Origin: Solirubrobacterales bacterium
GTDB lineage: Bacteria > Actinomycetota > Thermoleophilia > Solirubrobacterales > 70-9
Reading direction: 5' to 3'
Assembly (NCBI GenBank): GCA_049796515.1
Contig: JBAREU010000222.1
Location: 1-49,490, forward strand
DNA length: 49,490 nt
Shown here: in pieces, positions 25,841 to 33,890 of the stretch
Layout of the letters: every line of letters starts with the position of its first letter
How positions within the stretch are numbered: the stretch's first letter is position 1
Notes under the pieces: generated by a model
What the model was told of the DNA's origin: nothing
What the model saw: only the letters and a program-made list of their open reading frames with translations
Databases searched by the model: none
Translations under genes and position numbers: made by a program

Positions 25841-27009
25841 TGTCCTCCGATCGCGTTCTCGGGCATCACAACCAAGTCTCGACCCCCCGCAGCCCAAGCC
25901 AGGTGAGCTCTGAGACGCTCTCGAAGTACTCGGGCGCTATGCACAAGAACCGCCGAGGAACCGTCGGACGACTCGGACCGAGCCAGATCGAGGAGTTGGA
26001 GGTCTTCTGCGGTCGGAAGTCGTGGCGTGACACCCAAGATAGTTGACCGCGTGTCGCACTCGACCGATACACGCCAAGCAGGCAATGGGACACTAGAACA
26101 TCCTGCGGCGGACGCCGCCTCTTCGATACTTCGGATCAGCATCCGGCGGCGACGCACAAGCCCCTGCGCATGAGCAGCCTCAATGCGCGCGACCACTGCA
26201 TCCAACGCTGCGTCGGTCAGGGTGTCGTAGCCATGCTCATCAATCACCAGGTCCGATTTCCTCAGAGGGACTCGGGGCAGACCATTGCTGCCTGGCACCG
26301 GCTCAGGGTCGCCGGGCCACTGCAAGATAAGGGTGCCCATCGTGTGGCTTAGGGCATAGTCAACCTCGTCGAAGACCCACTCAGACGTTGAAGCCAGGGG
26401 CGTCTCGAGAAGAAGCAGGAACGCATGATCCTCAAGAGCGTCGGCGATCTCCTCTTGGACTTGTCTGCCACTTCGGATCGCAAACCGATCAATGAACGGC
26501 ACGAACCCCATATGGGAGAGTCGATCATGCAACTGCTCGGCTGCGCCGAGACCATCGTCCCGCTTGTGACTGATGAAGACACGGCGCTGCCGATCCTCAA
26601 TTCCCAACTCCTCCAGCAGAACTCGTGCTAGGCGGCGAGCCGGGTCCTCGCCGGCCCATTCCCACCCGTTGACAGATGCCAGCATCGCTGGGATTGACAC
26701 CGAAAACTCGGCGAGATCATCGATCACCGGGAACACGACCAGGCCTTCGTTGAAGGCCGACTCAATTCTTAAGGCGACCCCAGCATCGGTCGCCGCAACC
26801 TGACTTCCAAGATAGACGGCGAGCGACGGAACGTCTGGAGTGGGCGTCGCCTCAGTAAGGGTAATTGACACGGTCTGGTGAAGTCCCACCTCCCTAAGCT
26901 CCGCCGCAACTGCCTGCTGGATCTCCCTCATCCGCTCCTCTCGATCGAGCTGGATGACCTGGATCTCATAGACGGTGTTCGTCATGGCCGTGCGATGACT
27001 TAAGGACAC
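25825..27009 (-). CDS. TIR-domain protein with unassigned N- and C-terminal domains
   Basis: The central segment RRVFISHKRDDGLGAAEQLHDRLSHMGFVPFIDRFAIRSGRQVQEEI...LLLLETPLASTSEWVFDEVDYAL is a canonical bacterial TIR (TIR_2-like) with the conserved Glu. About 135 aa on each side are unassigned. The start is GTG 27009 or ATG 26985. Confidence 0.7.
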   Translation of the reverse strand: MSLSHRTAMTNTVYEIQVIQLDREERMREIQQAVAAELREVGLHQTVSITLTEATPTPDVPSLAVYLGSQVAATDAGVALRIESAFNEGLVVFPVIDDLAEFSVSIPAMLASVNGWEWAGEDPARRLARVLLEELGIEDRQRRVFISHKRDDGLGAAEQLHDRLSHMGFVPFIDRFAIRSGRQVQEEIADALEDHAFLLLLETPLASTSEWVFDEVDYALSHTMGTLILQWPGDPEPVPGSNGLPRVPLRKSDLVIDEHGYDTLTDAALDAVVARIEAAHAQGLVRRRRMLIRSIEEAASAAGCSSVPLPAWRVSVECDTRSTILGVTPRLPTAEDLQLLDLARSESSDGSSAVLVHSARVLRERLRAHLAWAAGGRDLVVMPENAIGGQWTGP

Positions 27010-27578
27010 TTGCTATTGGATCTGCGCAAATCCCTGCTGTTGTCGACCTTATCTCCTTTGTCATCTCGCGCCTGAAAAGCGGCCTCGATGTCCGTTCGAA
27101 GGCCCGAGACTGAAGATGGATACGCCTTATACAACGCGTAGGAGGCAGCCGAATCGTCTTTGACCCAATTGTCCCGGACCCGAGCTGGCAGGGTGGCGGA
27201 GTTGTTCATCGAAGGGAGCGGGATAGCTAGCAATCCGCTGCGCTTGTTACTGCTGTCATTACGAAGTGACGATGACAACTCCCAGTCAATGAACTTTCGC
27301 GACCACGTACATCCGCCAAGCAGCACAATCGTCACCGTAGAGTCAGTGAGGTACTTCTCCCGAATCTTGCGCTTGATGTAATCATCATCGTCGCTATCGA
27401 CAAAGTCGTCCTCCTCCGTCACCCCAACAGTGCGTGGAATAAACTCGGTGCCGAATTTATCTAGAAATTCCGTTACCTCATCCAGATCATCTACCCGATA
27501 GGACACGAAACACTTGTGCCGCGTTGCATCTGCCTTTCGCTCCGACGCGCTCAGAGCCACCGCCTGCGCATGGCGCAT
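27000..27578 (-). CDS. ThsB-type TIR-like (DUF1863) protein
   Basis: KCFVSYRVDDLDEV...IKRKIREKYLTDSTVTIVLLGGCTWSRKFIDWELSSSL...SGLLAIPLP parallels the Bacillus ThsB layout (VFFSFHY...TSVTCVLIGSQTFNRRWVRYEI). ATG 27578 follows AAGGA. The ORF is open to TTG 27635. Confidence 0.7.
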   Translation of the reverse strand: MRHAQAVALSASERKADATRHKCFVSYRVDDLDEVTEFLDKFGTEFIPRTVGVTEEDDFVDSDDDDYIKRKIREKYLTDSTVTIVLLGGCTWSRKFIDWELSSSLRNDSSNKRSGLLAIPLPSMNNSATLPARVRDNWVKDDSAASYALYKAYPSSVSGLRTDIEAAFQARDDKGDKVDNSRDLRRSNSKCP

Positions 27579-27660
27579 CTGATCCTTGACACTCACGACT
27601 CGCCCCTTTCCACTCGGTCTGTCTAGCGCCAGCAACCAGCCGGACTCATGATGGTCGGTA

Positions 27661-28035
27661 CTAAGACAGAAGGTTTTTCAGTTGCGGCCAGCTCCAGCGA
27701 TACAGCCGACCCGCTTCAGGTACCGGTTTAGGGTTCGTGTCTTTGTAACCAATGACCTGACGGACGGGGACCTTAAGATCATTCGCGATAGCCACCTCAG
27801 CAAGCACACCAGGAGAGCGATGGGTCTCAGGGCCGACCATGACCAACACGACATCGCAGCGGGCTATCCGTTTCGCCGCTTTTTCCTTCCACGTTTTCTG
27901 CGGTGCGGGCTCATTCAATGACCAGTTCTCAACCTCAAACGGAGAGTCAGAGTTTTTCGCCTGTGCAAGGACGAACGTCTTCAACTTCTGGTCGTTGTCG
28001 AAGTCAAAGCTGACGAATACTCGGGTCTTGGCCAT
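27661..28035 (-). CDS. ThsB-type TIR-like (DUF1863) protein, short
   Basis: MAKTRVFVSFDFDNDQKL...AAKRIARCDVVLVMVGPETHRSPGVLAEVAIANDLKVPV. 124 aa, in a low-G+C segment. Confidence 0.7.
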   Translation of the reverse strand: MAKTRVFVSFDFDNDQKLKTFVLAQAKNSDSPFEVENWSLNEPAPQKTWKEKAAKRIARCDVVLVMVGPETHRSPGVLAEVAIANDLKVPVRQVIGYKDTNPKPVPEAGRLYRWSWPQLKNLLS

Positions 28036-28044
28036 TTGGCGACC

Positions 28045-28479
28045 CTAGTCCATGAGACAGCCGATGTCTGGAGCTATGCCGCAAACTGCGTCTTCCGACA
28101 ATAGTGTTTCTAAAATCCGGCGATCCCAACCTCGCTGATCCTTGAAATCAGGGCGACTCACCGCTGCTGGCACTGTTAGCAAGAAGGTATGGTGCTCTCT
28201 CTGTCTGCTCCTCACCCCGCATGTGCGGTTGGTCAGGCAGAAGACTCGAACGGCCGCTTCGGTTAGGGCATCGCGCTCAGCGGGCCGGCGGCGGATTGCG
28301 TCGTCCTTCGTGAGGACAATCCAGTCGTTCTCGCCGGCGTCTCGCAGCCAAACCTCGTCGGCGAGGAGATGGCCGGACTTCTCGCCGTAGACCTCGGCCA
28401 TCGAGCGGGCGGAGAGACCGGCCGCACACCGCCCCGCCACCCCAACGCCCGATAACCCCGTCTTATGAAGAGTCTCCAA
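28045..28479 (-). CDS. PIN-like (DUF5615/Mut7-C-like) domain ORF, in frame with the upstream helicase across a single TGA
   Basis: LHKTGLSGVGVAGRCAAGLSARSMAEVYGEKSGHLLADEVWLRDAGENDWIVLTKDDAI aligns by eye with DUF5615 (LLDQGLP..LRAAGHD..V..G....sDeevl..A..egrvlvTkDkDf). TTG start. Same reading frame as 28495-31623. Confidence 0.35.
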   Translation of the reverse strand: METLHKTGLSGVGVAGRCAAGLSARSMAEVYGEKSGHLLADEVWLRDAGENDWIVLTKDDAIRRRPAERDALTEAAVRVFCLTNRTCGVRSRQREHHTFLLTVPAAVSRPDFKDQRGWDRRILETLLSEDAVCGIAPDIGCLMD

Positions 28480-28494
28480 AGACCCTCCCCGCGT

Positions 28495-31400
28495 TCAAGT
28501 CCGGGGCTGACCGTGCGGGAGGCGGTCGGCGAGCACGTCGAAGTATCGGTGGCGCATCCATGCATTCCGATCGCCGATTACATACAGCCGGTGCCTGGCG
28601 CGACTGACCGCGACGTTGATCAGGTTGGGCCTGCTCGCCGCCCAGGCTCGTGCGCCGTCCCGAGCGGGGTCTGAGCCGAGCACCAGGATCACGATGTCGG
28701 CCTCCTTGCCCTGTGCGGTGTGGATCGTCCCCGCCTTGAGCCCGGGGTGTTGGCGAGCGCGTTCGCGAAGGCGCTGGGCAACACCACGGAACGGCGTGAT
28801 CGCCATCGCCTGAGATAAGTCGAACCCGACCCCTTGGAGGTGGGTGAGAATCCGATCGACCTCCTCGCCCTCAGCGGGAACCCAGTGCCCCTGTGAGCTG
28901 TGCGAGCTGACATCGATCCACTTGCTCTGCGGCAGGGTGGGATAAAGAGTCGCGAACTCTTGCGCCAGCGCGGGGTCGGTGGCATCGACCATCAACCCGT
29001 CGTAGGCAATCGTGTTGGAGAGGTCGAACATTGGCTGGTCGCAGCGGCGATGGACGGTCAAGGGGGCGCCAATCCATACCGGCCGCTCGACTCCCGGCAG
29101 CGTCGTGCCCAGTCGGTTGAGGCGGTCGGCAAGGGTCTGAACCGAACTGCGTCCCGTCAGCCACTCCTCCCCCACCCCGTAATGGGCGCGGATCGCCTGC
29201 TCGGCCGGGAACGGAATCGTCGTGATCGGCTCCAACTGCAGCGGGTCGCCAACCACCACCGCACGTCGAGAGCGCCACAACGCCCCGACCGCGTTCTGCG
29301 GAGTGGCCTGACCTGCCTCGTCGACGAGCAACCAGCCAAGCGCCTCGGCACTGAGCGGGCCGAACAGCCGCGAGACAGAGGCGAACGTCGTCGAGACCAC
29401 CGGGACGAGGAGGAAGAGCGCCTGCCAGGCGGCGAGCACCGCGTCCTCTGGAAGGCTCGACGGAGCCCTACCGGAGACGATCTCCATCGCACCGTCGAGG
29501 CTTTCGCGCATCGGCTTCGCGGCATGGACGAGAAATGCCCTGTGCAGCCGGACCGCCGCCAGGAACAACTCGGTGCGGGCCCGGTTCCACTCGACGTCGG
29601 TCCATGGCGCTTGTCGCTCCCGCGCCTGCCGATCCCACAGCCACTTCCCATCGGGCAGTTGAGCACTGGGTAGTTCGCGGTAGCGCGAGAGAACTTGGCG
29701 GCATTCGTCAAGGGCGCCCTCGATGGCCGCAACGACAGCGGTCGCCTCGCCCTCGGTCCGCATCTCCTCGTCCAGTGCCCCGACCTCATCACTGGTCTCG
29801 CGCAGCAGCGTGTCGATAGCGGCGATATCAGCGGCAAGCTGGCGGTCGTGGGCTCGCCACTCGGCGCGCGCCCGGAGCCTGAGGATCCAGGGTCGGCGCT
29901 GCCGCGCGTCCTCGTGGGCTTCGATCCGGCGGCGGCGCTCGTCCTCCTGCGACCGCAGTACGCCGTCCAGCCGATCGCGACGCGGGCGTGATGCGGCGAC
30001 CCGCTCGCGGGTAGTTCTCTCGGTCTCACGAGCCGTCTCGAGTTCCGATTCCAACTCGGCGAGGCGGTCGAGCGCCTCCCGCACAAGTAGGCGGTCATCC
30101 CGGATCGCCGCCGCACGATCGCGAGCCCGCTCGAACGCCGCCACGGCCTCCGCCCAGGAGGAATCCCCGGGATGCGCCTCCCATGCCGTGAGGAGGTCGC
30201 GGAGTCCTGAGGGCGGCGGGGGCCGATCGTCGTCGCCCTTCCGCTGTTCGGTCCACCAAACGGCGTTGACGAAGTCTCGTCGGTTCTTCTGGTTGCCAAG
30301 CCGCGCGGCGATCAGGGCCCAGGCGGGCTGATCGGCCCTGCCCGAAGAGCTGTGGCTCGTGCGCCGCCCGGCGCTCATCGCCCGTTCGGCGAGCGCCGGA
30401 AAGTAGTCGACGTGCTCTACCTGCTCTCGCCAGGGTGCGTCGATCGCCTCCCCGGATGGGATCTCGAGCGTAACGTTCTCGACCGCTCCGTTGTTGCTGG
30501 AGGCCACCACGAGCTCGAAGCCCGTCAGCTCGGGCCTGAGGCGATGGACGACGCGCTGATACCCCGTCGTCTTCCAACGATGGGGCTCATCGATGAAGGC
30601 GTCCGAGGGATCGGGCAGCGCTGCCAGCCGCTCGGCGCGCTCGGTCACGAGCGCCGCAATCAGATCGCGCAGCATCGTCGTCTTGCCCGTTCCGGGTGGT
30701 CCATTGACGGCGAAGAGATGGCCGCCGGCGCCTGGCATCGCCACGGCCTCATCGACGGCGAGCTGCTGTCCCAGCGCCAGCGGGCGGTCCGGACTCGCGG
30801 GCCAGCGGCCGAGGGGGACGCGATCGGGATCGGTGGCTCGCCGGACATCGTCCAGCTCGGTTCGCACATCGACGCGATCGCGGATGTCGAGCTCGGCGCT
30901 CGACCGCATGTAGTCGCGCAGTGCAGAGCCGACATTCCCTTGATCGGCGGCCGCTACCACCCGAGCGAGATCGTCGGCGATGAAGCTGTTGAGGAAGTCG
31001 TGCTCTACCTCTTCCGCGGTCCGCCGCGCGACGATTTCGCTGCGGACCCGGATGCCGCCGACGGAAAGGACATCGGCGACCTCTAGGGCGTGGATGGCCG
31101 CTGCACGGCATTCCGTGAGCGCTGTCCAGTCGAGGACCGCAGCCTCATCGCCCTCTTCGCCGAGGTACATCTCCTCGAGCTGCATTGCAACTTCCGCTTC
31201 GAGATCGGCGAAGCCGTCGAGCCAGTCGGCCGACTCCGGACCCGGGTCGAGCGCCCGGGCAGTGGCCCACGCGCAAGCCGAGAGCACCGCAGAGCGCTCC
31301 AGCATGACGCCACGGTCAGTGACCGCGAGCGCAAGCAGGGCACTGGAGCCTGACGGCCGCTCCTCGAAGCTGTCGTCTGCGGCAGGAAAGACGCCATTCA

Positions 31401-31623
31401 GCGCCGTGAACACTGCTTCGCGCGGAAACGTCCCGACGTAGACGGTGTGCCGCCACGCCTGGTCTTTCGTCAGTCGCTGCCCCTTGAGCGGGTGGCCGGC
31501 ATCCCAGGGCAACGGTTTCTCGGCTGCGAGGTCGAACACCCGCTGCGACGGATCGGCCGCCGGGATCGCCGGCGGGCTGAACATCTCGACAGCTCGCCAA
31601 AATTCAATGACCTTCCCCTGCAC
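28495..31623 (-). CDS. SF1 helicase, Upf1/DNA2-NAM7-like, with large N-terminal unknown domain and coiled-coil insert
   Basis: Walker A NGPPGTGKTT, motif II LLVDEAGQ, VVVGDPLQLEPI, GTIHTAQGKEADIVILVLG, NVAVSRARHRLYVIG. There is an Arg/Glu-rich coiled-coil segment between motifs I and II. Confidence 0.85.
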   Translation of the reverse strand: MQGKVIEFWRAVEMFSPPAIPAADPSQRVFDLAAEKPLPWDAGHPLKGQRLTKDQAWRHTVYVGTFPREAVFTALNGVFPAADDSFEERPSGSSALLALAVTDRGVMLERSAVLSACAWATARALDPGPESADWLDGFADLEAEVAMQLEEMYLGEEGDEAAVLDWTALTECRAAAIHALEVADVLSVGGIRVRSEIVARRTAEEVEHDFLNSFIADDLARVVAAADQGNVGSALRDYMRSSAELDIRDRVDVRTELDDVRRATDPDRVPLGRWPASPDRPLALGQQLAVDEAVAMPGAGGHLFAVNGPPGTGKTTMLRDLIAALVTERAERLAALPDPSDAFIDEPHRWKTTGYQRVVHRLRPELTGFELVVASSNNGAVENVTLEIPSGEAIDAPWREQVEHVDYFPALAERAMSAGRRTSHSSSGRADQPAWALIAARLGNQKNRRDFVNAVWWTEQRKGDDDRPPPPSGLRDLLTAWEAHPGDSSWAEAVAAFERARDRAAAIRDDRLLVREALDRLAELESELETARETERTTRERVAASRPRRDRLDGVLRSQEDERRRRIEAHEDARQRRPWILRLRARAEWRAHDRQLAADIAAIDTLLRETSDEVGALDEEMRTEGEATAVVAAIEGALDECRQVLSRYRELPSAQLPDGKWLWDRQARERQAPWTDVEWNRARTELFLAAVRLHRAFLVHAAKPMRESLDGAMEIVSGRAPSSLPEDAVLAAWQALFLLVPVVSTTFASVSRLFGPLSAEALGWLLVDEAGQATPQNAVGALWRSRRAVVVGDPLQLEPITTIPFPAEQAIRAHYGVGEEWLTGRSSVQTLADRLNRLGTTLPGVERPVWIGAPLTVHRRCDQPMFDLSNTIAYDGLMVDATDPALAQEFATLYPTLPQSKWIDVSSHSSQGHWVPAEGEEVDRILTHLQGVGFDLSQAMAITPFRGVAQRLRERARQHPGLKAGTIHTAQGKEADIVILVLGSDPARDGARAWAASRPNLINVAVSRARHRLYVIGDRNAWMRHRYFDVLADRLPHGQPRT

Positions 31624-31785
31624 ACGGCCCGACGATACTTAGGGACAAGGCACGTGGGTGAACCAGCGCAACCGCCGGGAGCCCGGGACTCGCCGGTGAC
31701 GCAACGCGAGATGACATGCCTCGCAACAGAGAGACTCATGAACTCCGGGGTCGTTTCGGTTGACCTGACGCTGGCTGGCCGCAGC

Positions 31786-33432
31786 CTAAAGTCGACGGGG
31801 GATCTTGAACCGGAAGACGGTGGGCGAAGAATCGACCAAACCAGCCGGGCTCACGGCGCTGGCCTCGAAGACATGCCAGCCGGGCTTCAAATTGCGATAG
31901 CGGACGATTGGGCCACACGACCTAAGACGGCGAGCGTCTAGCTTGCAACGGAAGCTCGCGCCAGATTCGCTCGAAGCAAGGACGAAGCGGGCGAAACCGC
32001 GTCGAGGCCGAACCTTTCTTCGGGCAATGCGGGTGTTCGGTGCGATGGCGCCAGCAAGAGAGAGCCCAGGGAGAGGCAGTCGCTCGGTGCTCGTGTCGAT
32101 TTCCAAGTTGAAGCCTCCCGTCGCACCATTGAAACCATCAACGGCGAGCCGGTAGACCGTACCTGCGTCGATGTTGAGAGCCACTCCCCCTTGCCTGTTG
32201 GCCGGCAGACACCCTGGACTCACGGGATTGTCGCTTTGGGCTATCGACTGCAGGCTCTGCAGCGAAGCTCCGGTGTAAACCGCGAGAAGGGGACGGAAGC
32301 TTGCCTGGCAGACACTGAAGCGCACCGAGCCGGTGATCGGCGCTTTCCAGGCGAACCAGATCGATGCCCCACCCGCATTGCCGGCGTGGTTTGGCTCTCC
32401 GACCTGCTTCGTCGCACCGATGTTGGCGTAACCAATGATCAGGCTTTTAGAGCCCTGCAGATCACCAGATGCCTCGAAGTCATCGTTGGCAGGGAAGATC
32501 GAAAGATGGAACCCTGGATCGGCCATCGCCCCCGCACCAGTCAGGGTGCTCGGTTTGCCATCGATCGCGATCCAGTAAGTGACGCCCGCGTTCGCCATGA
32601 AGGAATAGCGGCAGTCGGGTTCGCCACTAAAGCCGACAACGGGGCTCAGGGCATCGACCGACGGCCCCGTGTAGACAGCGACAACCGTTTGATTCGGTAT
32701 CTGCCCGCCGCAGGCCTGGATGAAGGCGCCGTTCGTGCGCGGTGCGGTCCATTTGAACCAGATCGATGATCCGCCGCTCCTCCCGCGGTGGTCGGGCTCA
32801 CCAGCCTCTTTCGTCGCCCCCCAGTTCCCGGAGTCGAGGGTGAACGCAGTCCCCGTTCCCGGGATCGGGGTCGCGTCTGCGAAATCGTCGTTGGCAGGCT
32901 GGCCTTGAGACTCGACCTGCAGCTCAATGGCTCCCTCCCCATCGGGGGATGGCTCCCCGCTAGCGTGATAGCCGTTGCCGTCGACCTGCAGCTGGTACTT
33001 GGTGTCAGCGGTCGCCCTGAACGTGACCTCGCTGCCACCGATACAGCCTGACGTAGGACCAAAGCTGTAGCGGTTGCTTGACACCTCGGTCAATGCGTCG
33101 AAGGCGCTTCCCGTATAGACGGTGAGGATGGTGTCGGGCTCGCTTCCACAAGTTCCGATCGTGATGTGCTCCGTGTCCGGCGCTTCCCATTCGAACCAGA
33201 TCGAGTGACCAGCCGGAACGAACCCAGAATGGCTCGGCTCGCCGACCTCGACCGTCGCTTCGGAGTTGGTGGTGCTCAGCGCGATTGGGAGTGCCGAGCC
33301 GAGCTGTTGACGATCCGAGAAGTCGTCATTGGGCGGGGCGGACGCAACCGAAAGCGAGGGCGTAACACAAGCAACCGTCGCGACGACAGCCACAGAGCCC
33401 AAGATTCCCCCACGCGCTCGCCCCAGCCTCAT
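31786..33432 (-). CDS. Secreted protein with three tandem PPC-like (pre-peptidase C-terminal type) repeats and a C-terminal Ig-like module
   Basis: Signal peptide GGILGSVAVVATVACV. Three units of about 130 aa each open with P(P/A)NDDF. The tail is FRCKLDARRLRSCGPIVRYRNLKPGWHVFEASAV. The start is taken at ATG 33432 (ORF open to 33462). Confidence 0.6.
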   Translation of the reverse strand: MRLGRARGGILGSVAVVATVACVTPSLSVASAPPNDDFSDRQQLGSALPIALSTTNSEATVEVGEPSHSGFVPAGHSIWFEWEAPDTEHITIGTCGSEPDTILTVYTGSAFDALTEVSSNRYSFGPTSGCIGGSEVTFRATADTKYQLQVDGNGYHASGEPSPDGEGAIELQVESQGQPANDDFADATPIPGTGTAFTLDSGNWGATKEAGEPDHRGRSGGSSIWFKWTAPRTNGAFIQACGGQIPNQTVVAVYTGPSVDALSPVVGFSGEPDCRYSFMANAGVTYWIAIDGKPSTLTGAGAMADPGFHLSIFPANDDFEASGDLQGSKSLIIGYANIGATKQVGEPNHAGNAGGASIWFAWKAPITGSVRFSVCQASFRPLLAVYTGASLQSLQSIAQSDNPVSPGCLPANRQGGVALNIDAGTVYRLAVDGFNGATGGFNLEIDTSTERLPLPGLSLAGAIAPNTRIARRKVRPRRGFARFVLASSESGASFRCKLDARRLRSCGPIVRYRNLKPGWHVFEASAVSPAGLVDSSPTVFRFKIPRRL

Positions 33433-33520
33433 TAGACGAAAGCCTACCGAGCGGTGATGCAAGGGACGGGTCGAAGCTCGGCTTGGCTGAGTCGGACTGT
33501 CGCGCCCACCAAAACAGCAG

Positions 33521-33590
33521 AAAAATTGCGGACCTTTCTGCGGACCTCCAGATCGGTAGCCTGCGTAATCTCAGAGCACCTCAGATCACC
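33521..33590 (+). promoter_or_regulatory. att-arm-like segment with tandem TGCGGACC motifs (homologue of 22744-22814)
   Basis: TTGCGGACC at 33526 and CTGCGGACC at 33538, then ...CTCAGAGCACCTCAG as in the island 1 right arm. Confidence 0.4.
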
Positions 33591-33716
33591 ACGCAGCTCG
33601 AGCTGGCCGTCGTCGAGTACATCGCCTGGTTCAACAACGACCGTCTGCGCGAATCCCTCGGCGATCTGCCACCCGCTGAGTTCGAGCACCTATACGTTGC
33701 CCAGAGAGTCAACTGA
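33588..33716 (+). pseudogene. IS3-family transposase remnant (extreme C-terminus of the rve integrase domain only)
   Basis: The translation TTQLELAVVEYIAWFNNDRLRESLGDLPPAEFE matches the conserved IS3 OrfB C-terminal end. No upstream transposase sequence is present. AT-richer DNA follows up to about 33840. Confidence 0.65.
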
Positions 33717-33890
33717 GCTATCCATAGAGAAGATTGGAAACCAACTCAAAAAGTCTCCATGGAACCTGGTCCGGGTCAAGTTGATTGCGAACCATAGTGT
33801 GTATCACCATCGAGGTAGCTCCGAAAATTGCTTACTTGATGATTGTGGGTTACCTTCTTCAAAGTGAGGGGTCATGCGACGTTCTTGTCG

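Larger units (their letters stand above)
22828..33590. mobile_element. Integrative genomic island 2 (about 10.8 kb), in tandem with island 1; right end truncated by an IS3 remnant
   Basis: A second integrase homologous to the first sits in the same position relative to the att core. The right arm-type segment (33521-33590) is homologous to the island 1 right arm but abuts a transposase fragment instead of an att core. Confidence 0.55.

Noticed and set aside
28100-28260. Possible frameshift in the PIN-like ORF. An alternative frame reads ...HMRGEEQTERAPYLLAN..., reminiscent of DUF5615 C-terminal tails.
   Set aside because: The annotated frame stays open for about 70 more codons through comparatively AT-rich DNA and ends 9 nt before the next start. 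That is more consistent with a genuine frame. The alternative-frame resemblance is weak.
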